This document shows positions 1 through 11,289 of a DNA stretch of 64,000 bases, piece by piece. This DNA comes from a virus. Taxonomy: Duplodnaviria; Caudoviricetes. Below the pieces are notes generated by a model. The model made no database searches. It was not told the origin of the DNA and worked only from the letters and a program-made list of their open reading frames with translations. The DNA lies in IMG/VR virus record IMGVR_UViG_3300024346_000003; one strand, given 5' to 3'. A program made the position numbers and the translations under genes. Positions within the stretch are counted from its first letter, which is position 1, and every line of letters starts with the position of its first letter.

Positions 1-1108
1 ATTCTCTAATATCATCACCTTCAAGTATACCTTCTTCGGCAGTATAATCAATAACCGTATTGTAATCAACGTTTAGTGCTTCATGTATGAATTTTCTATG
101 TTTAGTCTTATATTCATCCAATTCATCTGGATTTACGTATCCATGAGGTGTTGATGCAATTGTACCATTTCTTTCAATACCTGTTACGTGATTTTTTTCA
201 CATCTAATTTTAGCTTCAGTACCATATTGGAAATCTTGATTTAATGCTTTCGCTGTTAGTTTTTTAGTCCCATGTGTTAATATACCACCTAAGTGTACGA
301 TAATTCTAGAATTAAAGAACATGAATTCACCACCTTTATGTTTAACAACTGTACCATTCATATTATCTAACCAAATCTTTTGAACACAAATCATTGTGTT
401 AGTATATTCACTATCAATAGCCCTAGTAGATGGTATTTTAAAATTAACAATTGCTTGGAAGGCACCCATAGCACCAGCATTCCACATGTTATTACTTGTA
501 TTTGAGCAAGCTGATTTATAACAATTAAGTGTACCGATAGAGTCCCATAGAAAAACCATATTCATAGGGATAATACCATTTTCTTGTTTTTGAATCATCT
601 CACTAATAAATAATGATACATCTTCAATGACAGGTTCACCTCTTGTTGGTTTTGTCATTGTTTTACTATCTTGATGATTGTAATTTTTATACATGTTGTA
701 TAAATCTTTATTTCTAACTAACATGAAGTTATCTGGCTTTTCAGTAATTTCACCAGTTTCTTCATTAATAACCTCTTTAAATTTAACACCAATTTGTTTA
801 GCATGTTCAGCATTCCAGTTACCTTCAGTTTCAATTACAACTGCAAAGTCACCAATTTTTTGAGCTCCAGCTATTGCTTCATAAAAAGCGGTAGACTTAC
901 CAGTATTAGAGTAACCTCTAACCAAACTTACGTAACCTCTAGGAAATCCAGGTAATTTTAATGCATCGAACCAGCCTTTAGATAATGGTACCCATGATAA
1001 ATCTTTATCTTTTGGTTCTGAATTTAAATTTTCACTTTCTAGGAAAGCATCTAAATCAAATGTCTTTTTTTGAATTGATTTTTTTGGTAGTTTTTTGTTT
1101 TCGCTCAT
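1..1108 (-). CDS. uvsX: RecA/UvsX-like recombinase (runs to window edge; not in ORF track)
   Basis: Manual translation from ATG 1108: MSENKKLPKK...LPGFPRGYVSLVRGYSNTGKSTAFYE (Walker A), VIETEG, VFLWDSIG (Walker B), KGG, KIRCEKNHV. Frame open to base 1; acidic C-terminus. Confidence 0.85.
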   Translation of the reverse strand, partial: MSENKKLPKKSIQKKTFDLDAFLESENLNSEPKDKDLSWVPLSKGWFDALKLPGFPRGYVSLVRGYSNTGKSTAFYEAIAGAQKIGDFAVVIETEGNWNAEHAKQIGVKFKEVINEETGEITEKPDNFMLVRNKDLYNMYKNYNHQDSKTMTKPTRGEPVIEDVSLFISEMIQKQENGIIPMNMVFLWDSIGTLNCYKSACSNTSNNMWNAGAMGAFQAIVNFKIPSTRAIDSEYTNTMICVQKIWLDNMNGTVVKHKGGEFMFFNSRIIVHLGGILTHGTKKLTAKALNQDFQYGTEAKIRCEKNHVTGIERNGTIASTPHGYVNPDELDEYKTKHRKFIHEALNVDYNTVIDYTAEEGILEGDDIRE

Positions 1109-1126
1109 AATTTTAATTTTGATTTT

Positions 1127-1153
1127 AAAAAAAGGGTGAACGAATGTCCACCC
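1127..1153 (-). terminator. Intrinsic terminator after SSB
   Basis: Minus strand GGGTGGAC-ATTC-GTTCACCC followed by T7. Confidence 0.7.
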
Positions 1154-1183
1154 ATTTATAATTATTTATTTTTATTTTTTAAC

Positions 1184-2089
<906 letters not shown>

Positions 2090-2118
2090 AATTTTAATTT
2101 ATATTTGTTTGATTATTA

Positions 2119-2156
2119 TACTATTTAATTCTACTATTTAATTCTACTATTTAATT
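2119..2156 (-). repeat. 13-bp tandem repeat x3 in SSB leader
   Basis: Plus strand TACTATTTAATTC three times (third copy 12/13), between promoters and ATG 2089. Confidence 0.9.
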
Positions 2157-2192
2157 TCCCTATGTCAATTTTACTATATTAATTTATATGTA

Positions 2193-2296
2193 CAAATGTA
2201 CTACTAAATTGGTAAAAAGTAAAGGGGTTTTTTAAATATTTTGATTAATTTCGAATTATGTTTTACAAAAGTACTAGGTTTATAATCTTATAACAA
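2193..2296 (-). promoter_or_regulatory. Tandem Bacteroidota-type sigma promoters for SSB
   Basis: TACATTTG (2193-2200) and TTG(2294-2296)-N20-TACTTTTG(2266-2273); matches the TAnnTTTG -7 consensus. Confidence 0.6.
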
Positions 2297-2320
2297 CTTT
2301 TTTTAAATATTTTTAACTAT

Positions 2321-2353
2321 AAAAAAGAAAAACAAGGCTAATGCCTTGTTTTT
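2321..2353. terminator. Bidirectional-type terminator
   Basis: AAAAACAAGGC-TAAT-GCCTTGTTTTT. Confidence 0.75.
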
Positions 2354-2376
2354 CAATATATTAATTATGTATTATT

Positions 2377-3168
2377 TTACATATTTTCTTCTTCGTATTC
2401 ATCACCATTGAAACTATCTTCAATATCTGACTCACTATAATCATCATCAATATCTTTTTGTGTTAACACATATTCCTCTGGTTTATCATCATCAGCTCCA
2501 GTATCATAACGGTCACCTTTTTCATCCCAAAAATCAGTTAATTTAACACTATATGGGAATGAATCTAATGAACGCATTTCTAATTTTTCTTTTGGTGTTG
2601 GATTTCTTCTTTCGATTTCTTTTTCCAAACCATCAATTTTATCTGAAATTGAGCTCATTGATGATAATTGACTTTCTAACTTATCAACCATACTCATTAA
2701 TTGTTCTATTTTAGAATTTGCAGCATCTGCTGATTGTTTTGCAGCTTCAGAACCTTTTACTAATTCAGTAACATCTAATTCTACAGCATCTTCTTCAGGT
2801 GCTGGTTCTTCGATTGGCATTTCTTCAGCTGGTGCAACATCGTCAACTGGTAATTCAGCACTTGCATCACCCATTGGTTCTGTTGGTTCTTCAGCGTTAG
2901 CTTCAATATCAGCAGTGATATCTTCAACATCAGCATCTAAATTATCTTCTGCTGGTGCATTTGCTTCATCACCTTCAGCTTCGGCCATACCTAATATGAT
3001 ATCTTTACCAGAATACATAGGGTCTTCTGGTCTTTCTTCTTCCATACTTACGATTGGGAAGTTTTCAGATATAGTAGACCTATCATCATAGTAATTATAA
3101 TTCGTAAGTGATTTAAACTTTTTAAGTTCTTCACTTAGTAATGCTTTATTTATAGTTTTATTTCTCAT
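2377..3168 (-). CDS. Highly acidic protein, possible prohead core/scaffold
   Basis: 263 aa, E/D/P/A-rich, coiled-coil middle, N-terminal LLSEE motif; downstream of a late-type motif. Confidence 0.4.
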   Translation of the reverse strand: MRNKTINKALLSEELKKFKSLTNYNYYDDRSTISENFPIVSMEEERPEDPMYSGKDIILGMAEAEGDEANAPAEDNLDADVEDITADIEANAEEPTEPMGDASAELPVDDVAPAEEMPIEEPAPEEDAVELDVTELVKGSEAAKQSADAANSKIEQLMSMVDKLESQLSSMSSISDKIDGLEKEIERRNPTPKEKLEMRSLDSFPYSVKLTDFWDEKGDRYDTGADDDKPEEYVLTQKDIDDDYSESDIEDSFNGDEYEEENM

Positions 3169-3169
3169 C

Positions 3170-3346
3170 TTAAAATAATAATTGTCTTCCGTCTTCTGTT
3201 ATTATTTTTTTATTGATTCTTTCAACTAAGCTTTTATCAGTTTTAATGATACAACCTTCGTCATTACAATCTACATTTACATTTTCACTTGTTAAAAACT
3301 CATCTAAGTTTTTTTCTAAGTTTATTTTTTTATCATTATTTTCCAT
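3170..3346 (-). CDS. Small hypothetical protein (58 aa, not in ORF track)
   Basis: MENNDKKINLEKNLDEFLTSENVNVDCNDEGCIIKTDKSLVERINKKIITEDGRQLLF; stop 1 nt from the next ATG; ATATTTAT motif 35 nt upstream. Confidence 0.7.
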   Translation of the reverse strand: MENNDKKINLEKNLDEFLTSENVNVDCNDEGCIIKTDKSLVERINKKIITEDGRQLLF

Positions 3347-3397
3347 AACACCTGTTTTTAATTTAATTATGTATTTGTATATAAATATCTGATAATA

Positions 3398-3796
3398 TTA
3401 TAAAATTCGCTTTATTGGTGTTATAACCAGATTATTATTTTTGATTAATAATAAATTATCCTGGTAATTTGACCAGTCAATAATTACTGATTTATAATTT
3501 ATATTACCAATGTTATCGACATTATATGTTTCGATTAATTTATTTAAAGCATTTATACTATAGATTGCATTACCTTTTTTATGTATTAAGGTTGCGTTTG
3601 GGAATACTTTTTTGAAGTTTATATGAGTGTCAGCTTTTATTAGCAATTTAAAAGTAACCATGACTTTAGTGCCATCCTCTATATCATATAGGAATACTAC
3701 ATTTTTATTGATTTGGAATGACGATTCTAGATAAGTTAAAAACCAATCTAATCTGTCCTTAAATATGAAAGATGCTAATAATACTGTCTTATCCAT
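3398..3796 (-). CDS. Hypothetical protein (likely start MDKTVLL at 3796)
   Basis: ATG 3796 overlaps the stop of the upstream gene; the track's 3850 start lies deep inside that gene. Confidence 0.6.
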   Translation of the reverse strand: MDKTVLLASFIFKDRLDWFLTYLESSFQINKNVVFLYDIEDGTKVMVTFKLLIKADTHINFKKVFPNATLIHKKGNAIYSINALNKLIETYNVDNIGNINYKSVIIDWSNYQDNLLLIKNNNLVITPIKRIL

Positions 3797-4385
3797 GCTC
3801 AATAGAATACAAAAAGGGAACATACTTAACCTCGTTATTAAGCATGTCAATTATGTCCTTGTATTCTATAAGTATTTCATCATTGTCCAAAAATACTGAG
3901 CAATATGATTTTATTTTATTTAATGTTTCAAGTAAATTATAATCTAAATAATTAACTAGGTTTAAATCAAGACCATATACTATATTTTCAGTATAAATAT
4001 ATAACATATTTTGATGTATATATCCAACAGCGTTGGTGCTTTTTTTAATAGTTTTAAACGTAATTTTTAGTTCTGATTCTGTTAATTGGATTAAATCTAT
4101 AAATTCATAATTAATATCCTTAATCAATAAGTTGTAACAGTAGTGTACAAAATCATATAAATCATTTTCAAATATATCCCTTCGTTCAGTTTTTTTAAAT
4201 GTCCAAAAAATATCATCTGATAGTTTTCTATTTATAAAATCGACATCTGGATTAGTTGTTTTAACTATATCCCAACCAACTATTAAAGTAGGTAACCCAT
4301 GGATGATACCATCCATGGATTCAACTACATTGAAATATTTATCAATATTTATTTTACTCTGTACTACTATATTTCCAACAAACAT
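3789..4385 (-). CDS. Hypothetical protein
   Basis: 198-aa ORF directly after a host-type promoter. Confidence 0.7.
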   Translation of the reverse strand: MFVGNIVVQSKINIDKYFNVVESMDGIIHGLPTLIVGWDIVKTTNPDVDFINRKLSDDIFWTFKKTERRDIFENDLYDFVHYCYNLLIKDINYEFIDLIQLTESELKITFKTIKKSTNAVGYIHQNMLYIYTENIVYGLDLNLVNYLDYNLLETLNKIKSYCSVFLDNDEILIEYKDIIDMLNNEVKYVPFLYSIEHG

Positions 4386-4389
4386 ATTG

Positions 4390-4420
4390 CAAATATAACC
4401 AAATTATTTTAAAAAAACAA
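4390..4420 (-). promoter_or_regulatory. Bacteroidota-type promoter TTG-N20-TATATTTG
   Basis: TATATTTG at 4390-4397, TTG at 4418-4420; the ATG begins 5 nt after the G. Confidence 0.65.
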
Positions 4421-4426
4421 TATTAC

Positions 4427-7400
4427 TTATTCGGATATATACTTTAAACTTGCATTTTTATCTACTAAAAATAATTGAGCCTCTTCTATTCTTCTTTTAA
4501 TCAAACCACTTAATACACCTGATTGTGCACCACTTATTGGTCCGTTTAATATACCTTGAGCAGCCTCTTTAAAATCATTTTTTTCAATAGCATTTTTTAT
4601 TTGTTCACCATATTCTCTAGCTGAAATATAATAAGCACCAGCGTTATAACCTAAACTAACTAATGCTGCCTTTTGATATTTATTTAACTTATTCCAATTA
4701 GCACTACCCAAATCTTTTTCGATTTGTTTACCGTATGTATTTTTAATTTGATAAACTAATGTATTTTTAGCAACTTCTTTCGTAAATACAGTACTAGATG
4801 TTACTTTTACTAATGAACCATTCTGTAATATTTTATCAGTACCGTATCCAGCTCTTAATGTACCTTCATCATTACCAGGTGTTGCTGTAAACGTTTCTTT
4901 TTTAGCAATATAATTACTAGTTACCGCTAACCAATCATTTTTATAATCGCTAATGGCTACACCAGCATAATTACCATTAGTAATTATACTTTTTAACTCT
5001 GCACTGAATGGTGTTAACTTATCTACTTTCATATCTTCTCTACTTGCACCAACTAAACTATTACCATCTCTAGCTTTAATGTATTTATCATCACAACTAT
5101 TTGTTGGGTATACAGCTTCTTTACCGTCTGGTGTTTTTGGATTTTTAACTATTGAGTCTAATGGTTTGCTAGTATCATATGCTTGTCCAAATATAGTTTT
5201 ACTTTTTGCGACTATACATTTTGCTTGTGTCCCATGATATTCCCAGTGCCATACTTCATCATAACTACCCTTATCATGGGCCCAGCCTGGATTTAAAAAT
5301 CCAAATCTATATGAATTATTAAATAACCATCCTACTATTGGGTCTGTATTAAAATCAAACTCACTTGGCCTACTACCTTCTTTATAAAGCCTTGTAAACA
5401 TGACACCGTCTGGACTAACCCAATTCCAATCTACAGCAAGGCCCCATCCATGAAGTGATGTTCCAGCTGCTGCTGCTGTTTTTTGACCTTTTGCCAATTC
5501 AACTTGTTTTGCGTAAGTTCTATAAAACGAACCAGCTTTTCCATATGTTTCTTTTTCTTTAAAACGACCAGCTTTAACTTCACCCTCAACCCATTTACTT
5601 AATTCTTGTACCATTTTTCTAAATGCATCTGCCGCTTCAGTAACCATGAATCCGATATCTCCAGCACTATTTTTAAATTTAGTACCACTTAAATCAACTT
5701 TTTTATTGGTTATTTGACCAATTGGTTTACCAAGTTCCATAAAACCATTAGTTACACCATTTTCAATTAATGTTGCTATTATAGCTGAATAATAACCAGC
5801 GGATACACCTCTATCAGAACCAATTAGTGCTCCAGAACCTGTTGTTCCAATCAAATTCATAAGCATTGTTGCTTTGTCCATTAATGGCGTTTTAGCTTTT
5901 TTAACTCTATTACCTTTAAAGGTTGTTGTCATTGAATGCGGTTTGATAGAGTGTGTTACCTTGTAAATTAAATAAGCACCTCTAAACATTGGTATATTAT
6001 TTAATTGGAAATACATCATTGGTTGAATCATTGCTGAACCTAACATTTCCACTTCAGCACTATATGACCTAGTTTGATAAACATTAAATAAATTATTACC
6101 AGCATACGTTGGTTTACTTTTATCACCAGTTTGTGATATACTTTCAATAACTTGGAGTGATTCCATTGTTTCGGTAAACTCTCTTTGGTCTAATTTAATA
6201 CTTCTAAAGTAATTCTGATTTTGTTGTCCATAGTTAACCGCAAATACTGGTACATTACCATCTAAACTATCAGCTTCTATTGGTGAATTTAAATCACTAG
6301 CTTCTACTGGTAATTCTATGGTTCCAGTATCACTATCCATTGATATCGATAGTCCATCATCTGGATAAACAGAGCCAGTACCCAAATCTAAGTTTGTTGA
6401 GGCTTGTCCAACATATACACAAACAAACGCTGGACCCGTACCTTTAAATGTAACTGGGTTATTATATGTGTATGCAGTAAACACCGTTTTTAATTCATCT
6501 ATATTGTTAAAGTTAACGAAGGTTGGTAGTGGTATAAAGTTAAAATTATTATCAGATAAAATTTTATTAATTATATCAAAATAACTTTGATTATAATTTG
6601 CTCTAATCAAATCTGTAACTGAATTTATATTTAAATAAAATTTATCACCAATATCAGCAAAGGCCCTATCAACAAATCTAAATGTATCAATTAAAGACGC
6701 TTCCGTTGCTGATGCTCTAAATTTTTTGGCATGTTTTAAATCTATTTCATTTTTAGTTGTTTCACCACATTGTGAAAATGCACTTTTATTTTCTGAACCA
6801 TTTAACCATTTGTCATTAATCGATGATAATATTCTATATATCATCAAGTTTATAGTATCATCATCACCAGTTCCAAATATTTCTTGTTGCGCTTCATCTT
6901 CTGGGTCTGGTATTACTTCTTTTTGATATGCTTCATTTAATGTTATTAATTTACTATAAAAACCAGATAAATATATTCTAAATTTATCAGCTCTAACTCT
7001 AATGCTTTTAGATGATGTACCATTTTGATACCCAGCCTCTGATGCTTGTTTTTTAAATTTATTACCACCAACATAACCAGCAGCTTTATCATAATAATCA
7101 TAGTTCCAAATATTTGGATTAACATTTTGTATTACTGTTGGTTGTGTAAGTAAAGATACCATATAGTTCATGACTGGTGTGTTAGGTTTAAATATTGTAT
7201 TTAAATTACCAACCGTTGATGCACCGTCATTAACAATATCTTTTACACCAGCAATCAATGCATAATTATTAACAACTGATTCAGTAAATAATTTATTTAA
7301 TTCAGTTCTTGATATTCGTTTTTGTAACCCCGTTTGATTTGAATTTGGTGCTTTTGCTAAATTTCTAACTTCTTGATTTTTAGTAAACCAATCGTCATAA

Positions 7401-10400
7401 TTACTTTTTGATTTATATAATTCTAACTCTTTTTGTATAAATTTAAATCCAGTATCATCCTTAACCCATTCTTCAAAATAAGAAATAAATTCATCTCTAA
7501 CTTGTTTTGGTAAATTCATTAATGTTAAATCTAGTGGTACATATGTTTCATATGCTGTAGCAGCACCTCTTATTCCATATTCCAAATCCCTTGTTACTGC
7601 ATACCCATCAGGGGCATCACCAAAAAACATACCCCATGGGTTATGTTCAGCATAAGCATCACCATATGGTGCTGATAAATATAAATATTCTTTTGATAGT
7701 GGCGTTCTTACGTTTGCTGGTATTAGTGTGTATTTTTTACCTTCCCTACCAGAATATACTATAGGGTCGGTATTATTGTGTGTTGCTGTATATCTTACTC
7801 TCCAAAGCATAGCACCAACAAATAATACCCACGCTTTTGGTGCGTGAACAAATGCTCCATTAACTTGAAATAATGTTCTAATACTACTAACTCTTGTATA
7901 GTTACCTTTAGTTTCTTCTTCCTTAAGGCGTTGCCATGATGTCCAGTCAAGATATTTATCTAACATCATCATTTCTTGAATATCAGCCCCGAAATTTTTA
8001 ACACCTTGCCATGGAATTGTGTGTAAGAATAAAAGTGCTCTAACTTCATCTAATGGTTGTCTATAATAAAAATAACTACCAAATAGTGATACTGATAAAT
8101 TACCTGTATTATTTGAACCAGATGTTCGCACGTCTGCGTTAGAAATACCAAATTCTATAAATGGTAAATAAAGTTTATTCCCCTTTATCCCTAAACTTAA
8201 TAACCCCTTTTGTTTTAAATAGGCACCGTTATCTGCCCATGTTTTTCTGAAAATTTTAGAATTAGTGTTGATTTGTGTTCTTTCTAATTCAGGCATAAAA
8301 TATATATTATCACTAAATTCACCATCACCAGCGTATAATATTGCATCGTCATATAATTTCTTATCAATTGGGTATGATAAGTAAGTACCAACAACTGGTA
8401 AGTTAACATTATCTCTATCACCATTAAATTTAAAATTATTAAATTCTGTATAAAAACCTATTAATGATGAATCTACTTTAGTATCGTTTTTCCACATTGG
8501 CTCACCCATATAATAATTAAATTCATCAGCAAAATCTGCTTCCGTTGCATCATAATTTAAAGTGTTCATCTCTAAAACTGAATAATTACCATTATATGGG
8601 TTTAAACCATCAATAATTTCATCAGAATCATTTGATTTAGTATCTTGATTATTAACAATACTTCTATATACCGAATCAACACGAGGTACTGAATTTGCTT
8701 CATCTAAGTTTCCTTTATGAAAATCAACAAGTTCTTTCCCAAATTCTGGAATCATCGATGATGCTGTATACTCGCTTAATTCGTATAACTTAACATGTAG
8801 TGAACCATCATCTTCATCTTTGAATGTATCTACATTATCTGTACCTTCATAATTTTTAGGGTTACTAACAAATATTATACTACTAGATAACTCTTTTAAA
8901 TCATCTCTTGATTTAAATGTATTATCATTATTATAAAATCCAGAACCGTCAAATCCTGTGTTTACTGGTATATAAGCGGCTTTTGCATCATCATCTCTAA
9001 TATATACGTATTTATAATAGTGAGATTTAAGCTGGTCTCCTGGAATTGTCTGCACAACATTATCAACACCAACCGTAGTTTTAATCAGTATTGGTTTTTT
9101 ACTAACAGCGCCTGGGTTGGTTATTTTAGATGAGCCTTCTGCACCAAATTCTGTAATTTTATTTATAAAGGCAGTAATTCGTTTTTCTTCATCCTCATCT
9201 TTAACTTCCTCCAACATTGTTGCTAATAAATCTTGACCATGTTTACCTAACTTTCTACAAGCAGCGACTAAAGTTTCAGCTTCTAGCCCACCCATTGTTT
9301 TTAATAATGCACCGCCTTTTGATGATTCAATCTTACTATTGAATGTACTAACACCTAATAACATAAAAGTCCTAAGTAATACTAATCTTTTTACTTCGTC
9401 AGCATTATTAGCATCTGTTGCTTCAATGTATGGATTTTGTGTCATTAATGGATTAATTGGTGTGTCAGCTGGTGTTAACGGAAACCAAGCATCTGCTGGT
9501 GCTATCGCATTTGTATCAACATCTGCACCAGCATCTGGATTATCAATTTGCTCTTGTAAATCTTTATCAAATTTTGCAACGTTTAATAACTCAGTGTGTA
9601 ACTCTTTAACGAAAACAACTTCATTTATATTTGTTGCTATAACGGGCGCTTTTCCTAGCCAGGTTTCAACATAACCTTCACCAGCTTTTTCTTGTCTATA
9701 TTCTGGCCAAGGATATATTGTTTTCTTTTCAACATTAACTACATCAGCTTGATTAACATTTAAAAGACCAGATATTTTATTAAATTCAACTGCTCGTTTA
9801 CCACTAGCGTCACTTTGTGCTTCTACTGATACATCTTTTAATACCTCTAAAAATATTTCAGCATTTACTGATAAAACTCTAAATATATTTCTAATTGTTG
9901 GTTCAAAACCAATAATACCTTCAGCAGTATCTGCTAATTTAGCGTTAAAGTCTGTTTCAGTTTTTGTTTTATTTTCAGCAAGTTTTGTTTTTATATCATT
10001 AAAATGGTATTGTATTCTTTTTAAATTATAAATATTAAGTTTAGTATCATCAGTGGCTACTGATGTTCCTAAATTACCAATCACTTTCAATAACTCTTTA
10101 ACATAATCTTTGTTAGTTTCATCACTCGTGTATTTACCACCAGAATGGTTAATAATTTCATTAATATTATCAGCACTAGTTAATTGTGCTTTAGTAATAT
10201 CGGATATTTTAACAACATCTTTCAATAAGTTTTCATTTAACTTCAAAGTATCATCTGAAATCTTATTATTTACCGCATTAACTAATCCTGTAATTGTTTC
10301 TTCATAAGCTTTAAGTGCGGTTTCATATTTTTTATCAGAGTCAGCACCATTTGGTACACATAAAACTACACCATCTGGTGATTTAAAATAAGTATTAACT

Positions 10401-11278
10401 GGGTTAACACCATCATATATTGCAGCGCTAAATGTATCAAAGGCAACTCTTATAGACTCTAAATCAGCAGCTATTTCATCATGCCCTTGTAGCTGTGCAG
10501 CTGAATTATCTTCTTGTGATATTTTTTGTGTGGTGTTAGCTAATTCAACAAATTTAGTTAACATCTCATCTATTGTTATGATTAAATTTGAGTTTTCACC
10601 ATATTCATCTTGTTTTAAAATTAATTTAGCTTGTCCTTTTTTTGTTCTAACTGCCGCTCTAATTAACCCAATTAATAAATCCGTTAATAAGGCATAAGTA
10701 AATCCCATAAAATCGGCTTGTATTTCAAAGTTACCAGTTTCTGAATTAAATGATGCGTTCCATCTTTGCATATGCAAACAATAGTTTACAGTGCCACCAT
10801 AAAAACCTTTAACTTTTAAACTAAAGATTGGGTATGGTAATTCAAAAAACATTCTATATTTAGACATACTACCTTGTGATAGTATTGCATTACCTCTTAC
10901 ATCTATAAATTTTATTTTAATTAATGGTGTATTTGCAGTGTCAAATTCAATATCAATACTTTCAATACCTAAACTTTCAAAATCATCAGTTTGTTGTTCT
11001 GATGCGTTCATTACATCTAAAGCAATCGCATCAGTATATCTGGTTGTTAAAGCTGGTAATAAACCATTATCAACTTTTGACCCCTCAATAAATGTAACAT
11101 TTGCATTACTATCAACGGTATTGATAGTTTCGGCACCTGAATAAATTATACTTCTACCTTTTCGCTTAGTACTAAATTCAACTTTAATACATAAATCTTC
11201 TGGGTTAACCATTACATTGTTAGCCTTATTAGGGTCTAACCACAATATTCTATTTTGTGAAACACTAGATTTATCCAT
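4427..11278 (-). CDS. Giant baseplate hub (gp27/VgrG-like) with C-terminal M15 peptidase and GH24 lysozyme
   Basis: Hub-like SAEVEMLGSAMIQPMMYFQL...GAYLIYKVTHSI...TTTFKGNR; M15 motifs SFYRTY.KQ, SLHGWGLAVD, EVWHWEY; lysozyme KKE-x8-D...GYG, KAALVSLGYNAG, LIKRRIEEAQLF. Confidence 0.7.
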   Translation of the reverse strand: MDKSSVSQNRILWLDPNKANNVMVNPEDLCIKVEFSTKRKGRSIIYSGAETINTVDSNANVTFIEGSKVDNGLLPALTTRYTDAIALDVMNASEQQTDDFESLGIESIDIEFDTANTPLIKIKFIDVRGNAILSQGSMSKYRMFFELPYPIFSLKVKGFYGGTVNYCLHMQRWNASFNSETGNFEIQADFMGFTYALLTDLLIGLIRAAVRTKKGQAKLILKQDEYGENSNLIITIDEMLTKFVELANTTQKISQEDNSAAQLQGHDEIAADLESIRVAFDTFSAAIYDGVNPVNTYFKSPDGVVLCVPNGADSDKKYETALKAYEETITGLVNAVNNKISDDTLKLNENLLKDVVKISDITKAQLTSADNINEIINHSGGKYTSDETNKDYVKELLKVIGNLGTSVATDDTKLNIYNLKRIQYHFNDIKTKLAENKTKTETDFNAKLADTAEGIIGFEPTIRNIFRVLSVNAEIFLEVLKDVSVEAQSDASGKRAVEFNKISGLLNVNQADVVNVEKKTIYPWPEYRQEKAGEGYVETWLGKAPVIATNINEVVFVKELHTELLNVAKFDKDLQEQIDNPDAGADVDTNAIAPADAWFPLTPADTPINPLMTQNPYIEATDANNADEVKRLVLLRTFMLLGVSTFNSKIESSKGGALLKTMGGLEAETLVAACRKLGKHGQDLLATMLEEVKDEDEEKRITAFINKITEFGAEGSSKITNPGAVSKKPILIKTTVGVDNVVQTIPGDQLKSHYYKYVYIRDDDAKAAYIPVNTGFDGSGFYNNDNTFKSRDDLKELSSSIIFVSNPKNYEGTDNVDTFKDEDDGSLHVKLYELSEYTASSMIPEFGKELVDFHKGNLDEANSVPRVDSVYRSIVNNQDTKSNDSDEIIDGLNPYNGNYSVLEMNTLNYDATEADFADEFNYYMGEPMWKNDTKVDSSLIGFYTEFNNFKFNGDRDNVNLPVVGTYLSYPIDKKLYDDAILYAGDGEFSDNIYFMPELERTQINTNSKIFRKTWADNGAYLKQKGLLSLGIKGNKLYLPFIEFGISNADVRTSGSNNTGNLSVSLFGSYFYYRQPLDEVRALLFLHTIPWQGVKNFGADIQEMMMLDKYLDWTSWQRLKEEETKGNYTRVSSIRTLFQVNGAFVHAPKAWVLFVGAMLWRVRYTATHNNTDPIVYSGREGKKYTLIPANVRTPLSKEYLYLSAPYGDAYAEHNPWGMFFGDAPDGYAVTRDLEYGIRGAATAYETYVPLDLTLMNLPKQVRDEFISYFEEWVKDDTGFKFIQKELELYKSKSNYDDWFTKNQEVRNLAKAPNSNQTGLQKRISRTELNKLFTESVVNNYALIAGVKDIVNDGASTVGNLNTIFKPNTPVMNYMVSLLTQPTVIQNVNPNIWNYDYYDKAAGYVGGNKFKKQASEAGYQNGTSSKSIRVRADKFRIYLSGFYSKLITLNEAYQKEVIPDPEDEAQQEIFGTGDDDTINLMIYRILSSINDKWLNGSENKSAFSQCGETTKNEIDLKHAKKFRASATEASLIDTFRFVDRAFADIGDKFYLNINSVTDLIRANYNQSYFDIINKILSDNNFNFIPLPTFVNFNNIDELKTVFTAYTYNNPVTFKGTGPAFVCVYVGQASTNLDLGTGSVYPDDGLSISMDSDTGTIELPVEASDLNSPIEADSLDGNVPVFAVNYGQQNQNYFRSIKLDQREFTETMESLQVIESISQTGDKSKPTYAGNNLFNVYQTRSYSAEVEMLGSAMIQPMMYFQLNNIPMFRGAYLIYKVTHSIKPHSMTTTFKGNRVKKAKTPLMDKATMLMNLIGTTGSGALIGSDRGVSAGYYSAIIATLIENGVTNGFMELGKPIGQITNKKVDLSGTKFKNSAGDIGFMVTEAADAFRKMVQELSKWVEGEVKAGRFKEKETYGKAGSFYRTYAKQVELAKGQKTAAAAGTSLHGWGLAVDWNWVSPDGVMFTRLYKEGSRPSEFDFNTDPIVGWLFNNSYRFGFLNPGWAHDKGSYDEVWHWEYHGTQAKCIVAKSKTIFGQAYDTSKPLDSIVKNPKTPDGKEAVYPTNSCDDKYIKARDGNSLVGASREDMKVDKLTPFSAELKSIITNGNYAGVAISDYKNDWLAVTSNYIAKKETFTATPGNDEGTLRAGYGTDKILQNGSLVKVTSSTVFTKEVAKNTLVYQIKNTYGKQIEKDLGSANWNKLNKYQKAALVSLGYNAGAYYISAREYGEQIKNAIEKNDFKEAAQGILNGPISGAQSGVLSGLIKRRIEEAQLFLVDKNASLKYISE

Positions 11279-11289
11279 ATTATTTTAAA

